A stretch of DNA of 64,000 nucleotides, from the NCBI GenBank assembly GCA_045545475.1, contig JAZQAZ010000020.1:32001-96000 (forward strand), given 5' to 3'. Made by a program: the position numbers and the translations under genes. The notes below the pieces were generated by a model. It was not told the origin of the DNA. It did no database searches and was given only the letters and a program-made list of their open reading frames with translations. Positions 1 to 8,419 of the stretch are shown one piece after another (position 1 is the stretch's first letter; each line of letters begins with the position of its first letter). Source of the stretch: Clostridia bacterium. GTDB lineage: Bacteria; Bacillota; Clostridia; CAKSNL01; HGM11501.

Positions 1-2
1 AG

Positions 3-86
3 GTAGTGGAAGAAGGCGAATTTCTGGTGTTTGTTGCACACGACTCATCAGACAGCGAGCTTTCGGCAACATTTTTCGTTGAATAA
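3..86 (+). CDS. 3' end of a gene truncated by the window edge; probable GH3 beta-glucosidase C-terminal (Fn3-like) tail
   Basis: Frame 3 reads VVEEGEFLVFVAHDSSDSELSATFFVE*, resembling the VEPGEF..vG.SS.D tail of GH3 enzymes. Confidence 0.5.
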   Translation, partial: VVEEGEFLVFVAHDSSDSELSATFFVE

Positions 87-107
87 AATCTATAAGGAGG
101 GATTTTG

Positions 108-1403
108 ATGTTTTCCGAAACCTTCAGAGGTGGTATACATCCCAATGACCACAAGGAACAGACTAAAAATGTGGCGGTCAAAAAAATAAAACCCGGTGAA
201 ATACTTACATATGTTTTGAGCCAGGGCGGAAGAGGATGCACGCCTTTAGTACAAAAGGGAGACAGGGTGTTAAAGGGGCAGATGATTGCAGACAGCAATG
301 AATTTGTTTCAGCACCCATTCACGCCAGTGTATCTGGTACGGTTGAAAAAATTGAAAAGGTAATTACTCAAAAGGGAGATATGGCAGATGCCATTATCGT
401 AAGAAACGACTTTGCCGAAGAATCGGTTGAGCTTCATCCCATTCGTCCCGAAGGCTATGTTACCAAGGAGGAACTGGTTAAAGAAGTCCGCAGGGCAGGT
501 ATTGTGGGAATGGGTGGTGCAGGCTTTCCTACACATGTTAAGCTTGCAACAGACAAAAAAATAGACACGATTATCGTAAACGGCTCCGAGTGCGAACCTT
601 ATCTTACCAGCGATTACCGTGTATTGGTTGAAAAACCCGAAGCCATGATTGACGGACTTGACATAGTTATTCATGCTTACGGTGTAAAAAACGGTATTAT
701 AGCAATTGAAGATAATAAGAAAGACGTTGTTCCGTCCCTTACCAAAAAGATTAAAAGCTCAATGAAGATAAAGGTTCTTAAAACAAAATATCCTCAGGGA
801 AGTGAAAAACAGCTTATCTATGCCGTTACCGGAAGAATTGTTCCCGAAGGCGGGCTTCCTGCGGATGTGGGAGTTTTGGTACTTAATGTTGATACTATGG
901 CATCGATAAGCCGTGCCATAAGGCGAGGACTTCCCATAACTAGAAGAACGGTTACAATTTCGGGCAAGGCTGTAAAAGAGCCGGGGAACTATTTTGTAAG
1001 AATAGGTATGAGCTTCGAGGAAATCTTTGAGGCGGCAGGCGGCTTTACAGAAAAGCCTGCAAAACTCATAACAGGCGGTCCTATGATGGGTGGAGCAATT
1101 TATTCCCTTAAAATTCCTTTCACAAAAACCAATTCGGGAATTTTAGCACTTACGGAAGAAGAACTCGGCACGAAGGATGAGGTGGCCTGCATCAGATGCG
1201 GACGGTGCGTTGAAGCGTGTCCCATGGGACTTATGCCGGTTAGCCTTACAAAGTGCATAAGGGAAAAAGACTGGGAACAGGCAAAAAAGTCGGGACTTAT
1301 GTCTTGTATAGAATGCGGATGCTGTGCATATACCTGTCCTTCAGACAGAAATCCCGTGGCTGTAATACGTCGCGGAAAGAATGCAATCCGTAGCGGAAAG
1401 TGA
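108..1403 (+). CDS. rnfC: Rnf electron transport complex subunit C
   Basis: GGIHP N-terminus, AGIVGMGGAGFPTHVK, NGSECEPYLTSD, KYPQGSEKQL, two 4Fe-4S motifs (CIRCGRCVEACP, CIECGCCAYTCP); RBS AAGGAGG. Confidence 0.97.
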   Translation: MFSETFRGGIHPNDHKEQTKNVAVKKIKPGEILTYVLSQGGRGCTPLVQKGDRVLKGQMIADSNEFVSAPIHASVSGTVEKIEKVITQKGDMADAIIVRNDFAEESVELHPIRPEGYVTKEELVKEVRRAGIVGMGGAGFPTHVKLATDKKIDTIIVNGSECEPYLTSDYRVLVEKPEAMIDGLDIVIHAYGVKNGIIAIEDNKKDVVPSLTKKIKSSMKIKVLKTKYPQGSEKQLIYAVTGRIVPEGGLPADVGVLVLNVDTMASISRAIRRGLPITRRTVTISGKAVKEPGNYFVRIGMSFEEIFEAAGGFTEKPAKLITGGPMMGGAIYSLKIPFTKTNSGILALTEEELGTKDEVACIRCGRCVEACPMGLMPVSLTKCIREKDWEQAKKSGLMSCIECGCCAYTCPSDRNPVAVIRRGKNAIRSGK

Positions 1404-1413
1404 GGCGGAATGA

Positions 1414-2394
1414 ATGGAAAATTTTGATGAAAAAAGCTTGAAGGTTTCTGAAACTCCTCATTTAAGGAGCTATAAGAAAACTTCCAATATTATGTTCAAG
1501 GTGTTCCTTGCTCTTTGTCCGGCGGCGTTTTACGGAGTATATGTTTTCGGGCCGAGAGCGGCAATTATGATTCTGGTTTCAATTGCAGCTTGTCTCTTGT
1601 CTGAAACTGTTTATAATCTTATTGCGAAGAAAAAAAATACCGTTTCCGACGGAAGTGCCTTGGTTACAGGGATGCTTATTGCGATGAATGTGTCATCGTT
1701 AATGCCATACTGGCAGGTTGCATTGGGATGTGCGTTTGCAATAATTGTTGTAAAACAGCTTTTCGGAGGACTTGGATGTAACTTCATGAATCCGGCACTG
1801 GCAGGTCGTGCGTTTTTAATGGCGTCTTTTGCAGGGAATATGACTTCCTGGGCTGTTCCCTTTGATAAGAGTTTTAGCGCGGCCGAGGCTGTAACCGGTG
1901 CAACACCTCTTGCCGTGGCAAATACAAGCGAAGCGGCATCCTTATCGAATTTGTTTTTCGGAAATACCGGCGGATGTATCGGTGAAACAAGTGCACTTTT
2001 GCTTATTCTCGGCGGAGTTTATCTCATAGCCACAGGAATAATAAGAATACATATGCCCCTTAGTTATATAGGAACGGTATTCGTACTTACACTTATCACC
2101 ACATCATTTGATTTCATGCTTACACTTAAATATCTTCTTTCCGGCGGTCTTATGCTTGGTGCCTTCTTTATGGCAACCGACTATGTAACAAGCCCCATAA
2201 CAGGAAAGGGAAGAGTGGTTGGCGGTATCCTTTGCGGTATCTTAACCGTAGCAATAAGAGTTTACGGCGGATATCCTGAGGGCGTTAGTTATTCAATTTT
2301 GCTTATGAATGCGGCAACACCTTTGATTGACAAAGTATGTCGCAGAAAGAGATTTGGGGAGGTGTCTACATGGAAAAAGAAAAAACAGGCATAA
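1414..2394 (+). CDS. rnfD: Rnf complex subunit D
   Basis: KQLFGGLGCNFMNPAL, FMN site TGATP, GGCIGETS, FFMATDYVTSP, GGYPEGVSY. Confidence 0.97.
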   Translation: MENFDEKSLKVSETPHLRSYKKTSNIMFKVFLALCPAAFYGVYVFGPRAAIMILVSIAACLLSETVYNLIAKKKNTVSDGSALVTGMLIAMNVSSLMPYWQVALGCAFAIIVVKQLFGGLGCNFMNPALAGRAFLMASFAGNMTSWAVPFDKSFSAAEAVTGATPLAVANTSEAASLSNLFFGNTGGCIGETSALLLILGGVYLIATGIIRIHMPLSYIGTVFVLTLITTSFDFMLTLKYLLSGGLMLGAFFMATDYVTSPITGKGRVVGGILCGILTVAIRVYGGYPEGVSYSILLMNAATPLIDKVCRRKRFGEVSTWKKKKQA

Positions 2395-2942
2395 TTTCTG
2401 TTGCATTAAAGCTTTTTATAATCTGTTTTGTTTCAACTCTTATTTTGGCTTTTGTTAACACACTCACCAAGGAAATAATTGAAGAAAATAATAAAAAAGT
2501 TTTTGCTGAAGGATGCGAGTATGTGCTTCCGGGAGCTGACAAAACCGAGGTTATTGATATATCTTCTTATCTTCCCGGTGCTGAGGCGGCTCTTTCATAC
2601 GATGCACAGGGCTTCGTTATGGGTATTTCCATTAAGCAGAGCATAAAAGGTTATAACTCCGGTCTTGTGCTTATGACAGGTGTGGCAAGAGACGGCGTGA
2701 CCGTTACAGGTATAAAGATTTTAGAACACTCTGAAACCCCCGGACTTGGAGCTCTTGCTGACAGCGAAAACTTTACGGAGCAGTTCAGAGAAAAAGTAGC
2801 ACCCTTAAAAACAGAAAAAGACGGCGGAGAAATCGTAGCTATAACAGGTGCAACAAAAACCACCAAGGGAATAATAGATAACGGCGTAAATAAAGCGGTT
2901 GAAGCCGCGTCTGAATATTTCAAAAAGGAGGGGATTGAATGA
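2370..2942 (+). CDS. rnfG: Rnf complex subunit G (FMN-binding)
   Basis: N-terminal TM, HSETPGLG, ITGATKT FMN site; start placed at ATG 2370 after GGAGG. Confidence 0.93.
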   Translation: MEKEKTGIISVALKLFIICFVSTLILAFVNTLTKEIIEENNKKVFAEGCEYVLPGADKTEVIDISSYLPGAEAALSYDAQGFVMGISIKQSIKGYNSGLVLMTGVARDGVTVTGIKILEHSETPGLGALADSENFTEQFREKVAPLKTEKDGGEIVAITGATKTTKGIIDNGVNKAVEAASEYFKKEGIE

Positions 2943-3508
2943 AACTTTTGAAAGACAGCCTTAAACGAGGTATAATCACTGAAAATCCCACCTTTGTGCT
3001 GGTGCTTGGTATGTGTCCTACGCTTGCTGTAACAACCACTGTGGCAAACGGAATCGGTATGGGACTTTCTGCAACCGTTGTGTTAATGCTTTCAAACTTC
3101 TTTATTTCACTTCTTCGTAAATTCATACCCCAGAAGGTAAGAATTGCGGCGTACATAGTTGTTATTGCAAGCTTTGTAACGATAGTGCAGATGCTTCTTC
3201 AGGCGTATTTCCCGGACCTTTATAAGAGCCTGGGAATATTCATTCCGCTAATCGTTGTAAACTGTATAATTCTTGCAAGAGCAGAAGCTTTTGCGTCCAA
3301 GAACGGACCTTTTGCATCACTTCTTGACGGACTTGGCATGGGCCTTGGATTTACAGTTTCGCTGACACTTATTTCGGCAATAAGACAGGTTTTGGGTTCG
3401 GTATTGAACATCGGATTTTTCACACTTCCTCCGGGGGGATTTTTGGTACTGGGACTTCTTCTTGCTGCATTTGGTGTACTCAGTAATAAAGGAGGTAAGG
3501 ATAAATGA
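2939..3508 (+). CDS. rnfE: Rnf complex subunit E
   Basis: ENPTFVLVLGMCPTLAVT, FIPLIVVNCIILARAE, PPGGF. Confidence 0.97.
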   Translation: MKLLKDSLKRGIITENPTFVLVLGMCPTLAVTTTVANGIGMGLSATVVLMLSNFFISLLRKFIPQKVRIAAYIVVIASFVTIVQMLLQAYFPDLYKSLGIFIPLIVVNCIILARAEAFASKNGPFASLLDGLGMGLGFTVSLTLISAIRQVLGSVLNIGFFTLPPGGFLVLGLLLAAFGVLSNKGGKDK

Positions 3509-4089
3509 TAGCAGAACTTTTTGCAATTTCTCTTGCGGCAATACTGGTTGAAAACTTTGTATTGGTGCAGTTTATGGGTATTTGTCCTTTCCTCGGCGTT
3601 TCCAAAAAGGTTGAAACGGCCCTTGGTATGGGCATTGCTGTTACATTTGTAATGGCTATATCTAATCTTCTTACGTTTATCGTGCAGAAGTATATTCTGG
3701 AAAAACTTAATATCGAATATCTGCAGACAATAGTGTTTATTTTGATTATTGCGGCATTGGTTCAGTTTGTTGAAATGTTCTTGCAGAAATCACTTCCCAC
3801 GCTTTATGCATCCCTTGGTATTTATCTTCCTCTTATAACAACAAACTGTGCGGTACTGGGTGTTGCAATAACTGCGGCAGACGAGTCTTCAAGTGTAATT
3901 ACTGCTGTATGGCAGGGAGCTATGGCAGGCGTGGGCTTCCTTCTTGCGATACTTCTTCTTGCCGGTATCAGAGAAAGACTTGACGATGAGAAATATCCCA
4001 AGGCTTTAAGAGGCTTCCCGATAGCACTTATTACAGCATCGCTTCTTGCCATAGCATTCTTAGGCTTCTCGGGCTTTACTGTAGGTTAA
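3505..4089 (+). CDS. rnfA: Rnf complex subunit A
   Basis: NFVLVQFMGICPFLGVSKK, YLPLITTNCAVLG. Confidence 0.97.
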   Translation: MIAELFAISLAAILVENFVLVQFMGICPFLGVSKKVETALGMGIAVTFVMAISNLLTFIVQKYILEKLNIEYLQTIVFILIIAALVQFVEMFLQKSLPTLYASLGIYLPLITTNCAVLGVAITAADESSSVITAVWQGAMAGVGFLLAILLLAGIRERLDDEKYPKALRGFPIALITASLLAIAFLGFSGFTVG

Positions 4090-4101
4090 GGAGGGTGCGT
4101 T

Positions 4102-4887
4102 ATGAATTTTATGGATATTTTAATTCCTGCATTAATTGTGGGTGCAATTGGTCTTTTTTTCGGTGCACTTCTTGCTGTTGCCGGAATTATCTTTAAGGTG
4201 AAGAAGGATGAAAGAATTCCGTTAATTGAGGAAACTCTTCCGGGGGCAAACTGTGGCGGATGCGGCTATGCGGGATGCTCCGCTTATGCTGAAGCCGTTG
4301 CTGCAGGCGAAGCTCACTGCGACCTCTGCTCCGTCGGAGGAGAGGCTGTTGCTTCCTACATTGCGGAAATAATGGGAGAAAAGTCAGAGTTTGTTAAAAA
4401 GTACGCTTTTGTGGGATGCGAACATGGTGCGGCAGACAGATATGTGTATGAAGGCGCACAGGACTGTGTTTATGCGGCGCAGCTTTCAGGCGGGCCCAAG
4501 AGCTGTACATACGGATGTATCGGTCTCGGTAACTGCGTAAAGGTTTGTCCTACCGCTGCCCTTTCAATGGTTGACGGAAATCCCCATGTTGAAAGGGATA
4601 AGTGCACAGGCTGCGGAGCTTGTATGAGAGCCTGCCCCAGAGGACTTATCAGAATAGTTCCCGAAAAGGCAAAGCTTGCGGTTTCCTGTAATTCTCACGA
4701 TAAGGGTGCGGCAATGAGAAATACCTGCCCCAACGGCTGTATCGGTTGCGGAAAGTGCGAAAGAGTTTGTACTAACGGAGCTATCAAGGTAGTGGATAAT
4801 CTGGCACAGATTGATTATGACAAGTGTATTGCCTGCGGTAAGTGCCTTGAGTCCTGCCCCAAGAAAATTATTAAATACATAATTTGA
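4102..4887 (+). CDS. rnfB: Rnf complex subunit B (polyferredoxin)
   Basis: LPGANCGGCGYAGC and multiple CxxCxxCxxxCP motifs. Confidence 0.97.
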   Translation: MNFMDILIPALIVGAIGLFFGALLAVAGIIFKVKKDERIPLIEETLPGANCGGCGYAGCSAYAEAVAAGEAHCDLCSVGGEAVASYIAEIMGEKSEFVKKYAFVGCEHGAADRYVYEGAQDCVYAAQLSGGPKSCTYGCIGLGNCVKVCPTAALSMVDGNPHVERDKCTGCGACMRACPRGLIRIVPEKAKLAVSCNSHDKGAAMRNTCPNGCIGCGKCERVCTNGAIKVVDNLAQIDYDKCIACGKCLESCPKKIIKYII

Positions 4888-4897
4888 CAATTAGATG

Positions 4898-4930
4898 AGG
4901 GAGAAATGCATTGCATTTCTCCCTTTATTT
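4898..4930 (+). terminator. Intrinsic terminator of the rnf operon
   Basis: AGGGAGAAATGCA-T-TGCATTTCTCCCT followed by TTATTT. Confidence 0.8.
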
Positions 4931-4942
4931 AAATGAAAACAC

Positions 4943-4971
4943 TTGACTATTGGATGATTTTGTAATAAAAT
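4943..4971 (+). promoter_or_regulatory. Sigma-A promoter of rhaA
   Basis: TTGACT-17 bp-TAAAAT. Confidence 0.7.
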
Positions 4972-5000
4972 ATAAATAACTATGTTAGGAGGTAAAAATT

Positions 5001-6251
5001 ATGACTAAAAGATATCAGGACGCAAAAGAAATCTATGCAAAGCTTGGCATTGACACAGATGCTGTCATCGAAAAGCTTAAGACAATTCCCGTATCCCTTC
5101 ACTGCTGGCAGGGCGATGACGTTATCGGTTTCGACCATGACGGTCCTTTGACAGGTGGTATTCAGACAACAGGTAACTATCCCGGTAAGGCAAGAACTCC
5201 CGAAGAGCTTATGGCTGATATGGAAAAGGTTATGAGCCTTTGCCCCGGTATGAAGAAGATAAACGTTCACGCTTGCTATGCTATTTTTAATGGCGAGTTC
5301 GTTGACAGAGACAAGCTTGAACCCAAGCACTTCGCTCCTTGGGTTGCACTTGCAAAGAAGTATGGTATGGGTCTTGATTTTAACCCCACATTCTTCTCTC
5401 ATCCCATGGCTGACTCCGGTCTTACTCTTTCAAGCCCCGACGAGAATATAAGAAAATTCTGGATCGAACACGGTAAAGCTTGTATCAGAATTTCCGAATA
5501 TTTTGCAAAGGAAACAGGCGTTCCCTGCGTAATGAACATCTGGACAGGCGACGGATTTAAGGATATCCCCGCTGACAGAATGGGTCCCAGAGTTCGTTAT
5601 AAGGAATCCATCGAGGAAATCTTAGCTGAACCCTTCGACAAGAATCTTGTTAAGCCTTGTGTTGAATCCAAGGTATTCGGTATCGGCGTTGAAGCTTATA
5701 CAACAGGTTCTGCTGAATTCTCTCTTACATTTGCAGCAACACATGACGGATGCTTACCTCTTATGGATAACGGTCACTACCATCCCACAGAAGTTGTTTC
5801 CGATAAGATTCCTGCACTTCTTGCATTCTTCCCCGAAATCGCACTTCACATCACAAGACCCATCAGATGGGACTCTGACCACGTTGTGCTTTTCGACGAC
5901 GAGACAAGAGAGATGGCAAAGGAAATCGTAAGAAACGATGCTCTTGACAGAGTTTATATGGCTCTTGACTATTTTGATGCTTCCATTAACCGTATCGCAG
6001 CTTGGTCTGTAGGACTTCGCAGCTGGCAGAAGGCACTCCTTATGGCTATGTGCACACCCAATGCAAAGTTCAAGGCTCTTCAGGACGAAGGTAAGCTTAC
6101 AGAGCTTCTTGTTATGCAGGAAGAAGTTAAGACACTTCCCTTCGGCGATATCTGGGCTGAATACTGCGAGCGTTGCGGCGTAAAGGGCGATGCTTCCTGG
6201 TACGACGAAGTTGTGGCATACGAAAAGGACGTTCTTTCCAAGAGAGCATAA
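5001..6251 (+). CDS. rhaA: L-rhamnose isomerase
   Basis: SLHCWQGDDV, GGIQTTGNYPGKARTP, DFNPTFFSHP, ESKVFGIGVE, RWDSDHV, LDYFDASINR. Confidence 0.97.
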   Translation: MTKRYQDAKEIYAKLGIDTDAVIEKLKTIPVSLHCWQGDDVIGFDHDGPLTGGIQTTGNYPGKARTPEELMADMEKVMSLCPGMKKINVHACYAIFNGEFVDRDKLEPKHFAPWVALAKKYGMGLDFNPTFFSHPMADSGLTLSSPDENIRKFWIEHGKACIRISEYFAKETGVPCVMNIWTGDGFKDIPADRMGPRVRYKESIEEILAEPFDKNLVKPCVESKVFGIGVEAYTTGSAEFSLTFAATHDGCLPLMDNGHYHPTEVVSDKIPALLAFFPEIALHITRPIRWDSDHVVLFDDETREMAKEIVRNDALDRVYMALDYFDASINRIAAWSVGLRSWQKALLMAMCTPNAKFKALQDEGKLTELLVMQEEVKTLPFGDIWAEYCERCGVKGDASWYDEVVAYEKDVLSKRA

Positions 6252-6264
6252 AATTACATATAAG

Positions 6265-6298
6265 AAAAAAGATGGACGGTTTTCCGTCCATCTTTTTT
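6265..6298. terminator. Bidirectional terminator between rhaA and the topoisomerase gene
   Basis: AAAAAAGATGGACGG-TTTT-CCGTCCATCTTTTTT. Confidence 0.85.
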
Positions 6299-6331
6299 GT
6301 CATTCTGAGGGAATTTATGACCGAAGAATCT
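6298..6331 (+). repeat. Dispersed TGTC/CGTC-type palindromic repeat (TGTCATTCTGAG...CGAAGAATCT)
   Basis: Near-identical to the reverse complement of 53834-53868. Confidence 0.75.
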
Positions 6332-6349
6332 GAAACATAGAGCCTTCAA

Positions 6350-8347
6350 TCAGCTTATATCAAGCATATCCATATACTGGTTTCCGTTTTCGGCAATATA
6401 GTCCTTTCTACCGTCTAAGTTGGAGCCCAAGAAAAGCTCAAACATATCTGCGGTTTCCTTGGCATCGGAAGGCATAACCTTTATCAAGCGTCGGGATTCG
6501 GGGCACATTGTGGTAAGCCACATCATTTCCGCTTCGTTTTCACCGAGTCCCTTTGAACGCTGGATAGTATATTTAATACCTTCGGCATCTAAAGGAGCTA
6601 AAATCTCGTTCTTTTCGTTTTCGTCATAGGCAAAGAAGGTTCTGCCCTTTTTCTCCTTGGTGTTGATTTCAAAGAGGGGGGTTTCTGCAATAAACACCTT
6701 TCCTTCCTCAATTAAAGAGGGGGTGAGAATGTAAATCATTGTTAGCACAAGGGTTCTTATCTGGAAGCCGTCATAGTCGGCATCGGTACAGATGATGATT
6801 TTGCTGTAGTTAAGGGCATTTATATCAAAGTCGGAAAATTCCTTATTTAATTTGGTCTTTGCTTCGATTCCGCAACCCATAATTCGTATAAGGTCTAAGA
6901 TAATGTCGCTTTTGAAAATCTTATCAAAGTCAGCCTTTAAGCAGTTAAGAATCTTACCTCTTATTGGCATAATTGCCTGAAACTCAGCATCACGGCTCAT
7001 TTTACAGCTTCCTGCCGCAGAGTCACCCTCTACTATAAAGAGCTCACGACGTGAAACATCCTTAGTTCTGCAGTCGATAAACTTCTTTATCTTTGTTGTA
7101 ACGTCAAGGGAAGATGAAATCTTCTTGCTCTTTAAGTTTACTCTGGTACGCTCGGCTGTTTCACGGCTTCTCTTATTTAAGAGAACACGCTCTGCAATCT
7201 TATCTGCCTCGGCACGGTTTTCGATAAAGTAAACCTCTAAGTTATGCTTTAAGAAATCAGTCAGTGCTTCTTTGATAAAGGCATTGGTTACAGCCTTCTT
7301 AGTCTGGTGTTCATAGCTTGCGATGGTGGAGAAGGAGCTTATTATGAGGATAAGGCAGTCTGCAACATCGTTAAAGGTTATTTTTGATTCGTTTTTCTGA
7401 TACTTGTTTGACTGGCGAATATACTGGTCTATGGCATAAACCAAAGCGGTTTTGGTAGCTGAATCGTGAACGCCGCCGTATTCAAGAAAGCTTGAATTAT
7501 GGTAGAACTCTATCATGGGGTCCGACGGTGTAAAACAGAAAGCTGCTTCCATTCTTACCTTGTATTCAGGCTTATCAGCCCTGTCTCGGCCGCTTCTCTC
7601 GGATTCGATATAGCGAATGGCTGTTTCTGCATTTTCACCTGCCAGTTCCTCTGCATGGCCCTTTATGCCTTCGGGATAGCAGAATTCGTATTTCTGCGTA
7701 CCTTCTGCTGTTTCATCAAAAAGAATAAATGTAAGACCTGCATTGACAATGGCCTGACGTTTTAACGTCTCCGTGAAAAATTCAATTGGAATATTAATAT
7801 CTGTGAAAACCTCGAGGTCGGGACGCCATTTCTGAATGGTGTAGGTTTTCTTGAAATTGGTTTCTATTTTTAAGAGGCCGCCTACATTTTCACCCTTTTC
7901 AAAGTGGAGGGAATAGATGTAGTTGTCACGGCATACCTCAACGTCCATATATTCGGAGGAATACTGTGTGGCACAGGCACCAAGGCCGTTTAAGCCTAAG
8001 CTGTATTTATAAGTGTCCGAGTCATTGCCGTGGTATTTACCGCCGGCGTAAAGCTCGCAAAATACAAGCTCCCAGTTGTAACGCTCCTCTTTTTCATTGT
8101 AATCCAGGGGAATTCCGCGTCCGTAGTCCTTTACCTGAATGGAATGGTCGGAAAAACGGGTGACCTCAATTACTTTACCGAAGCCTGCTCTGGCCTCGTC
8201 TATGGAGTTGGAGAGAATTTCGAAAAACGTGTGTTCGCAGCCTTCCAGACCGTTGGAACCCAAAATATTACCGGGATTATATCTTACTCTCTCGGCACCC
8301 TTAAGGCTTTGGATGGCCTGGTTATCGTAGGTGTTTTTTGCACACAT
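6350..8347 (-). CDS. Type IIA DNA topoisomerase subunit B (GyrB/ParE family)
   Basis: GHKL motifs EILSNSIDE, DYGRGIP, AGGK, GLNGLG; TOPRIM motifs VEGDSA, PIRGKILN, TDADYDG, SKGLGE. Confidence 0.93.
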   Translation of the reverse strand: MCAKNTYDNQAIQSLKGAERVRYNPGNILGSNGLEGCEHTFFEILSNSIDEARAGFGKVIEVTRFSDHSIQVKDYGRGIPLDYNEKEERYNWELVFCELYAGGKYHGNDSDTYKYSLGLNGLGACATQYSSEYMDVEVCRDNYIYSLHFEKGENVGGLLKIETNFKKTYTIQKWRPDLEVFTDINIPIEFFTETLKRQAIVNAGLTFILFDETAEGTQKYEFCYPEGIKGHAEELAGENAETAIRYIESERSGRDRADKPEYKVRMEAAFCFTPSDPMIEFYHNSSFLEYGGVHDSATKTALVYAIDQYIRQSNKYQKNESKITFNDVADCLILIISSFSTIASYEHQTKKAVTNAFIKEALTDFLKHNLEVYFIENRAEADKIAERVLLNKRSRETAERTRVNLKSKKISSSLDVTTKIKKFIDCRTKDVSRRELFIVEGDSAAGSCKMSRDAEFQAIMPIRGKILNCLKADFDKIFKSDIILDLIRIMGCGIEAKTKLNKEFSDFDINALNYSKIIICTDADYDGFQIRTLVLTMIYILTPSLIEEGKVFIAETPLFEINTKEKKGRTFFAYDENEKNEILAPLDAEGIKYTIQRSKGLGENEAEMMWLTTMCPESRRLIKVMPSDAKETADMFELFLGSNLDGRKDYIAENGNQYMDMLDIS

Positions 8348-8381
8348 GGTTTGTACCTCTTTCGTTAATTTTATGGGATAT

Positions 8382-8415
8382 AAAAAGCTTAATGGGCGGA
8401 TATAATCCGCCCGTT
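8382..8415 (-). terminator. Hairpin/terminator between the VanW-like gene and the topoisomerase B gene
   Basis: AATGGGCGGA-TATAA-TCCGCCCGTT with a T tract downstream on the minus strand. Confidence 0.55.
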
Positions 8416-8419
8416 GGTT

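Noticed and set aside
108-4887. rnf operon as a novelty (25-nt rnfD/rnfG overlap, compact RnfE)
   Set aside because: Standard clostridial CDGEAB order with all cofactor motifs intact.
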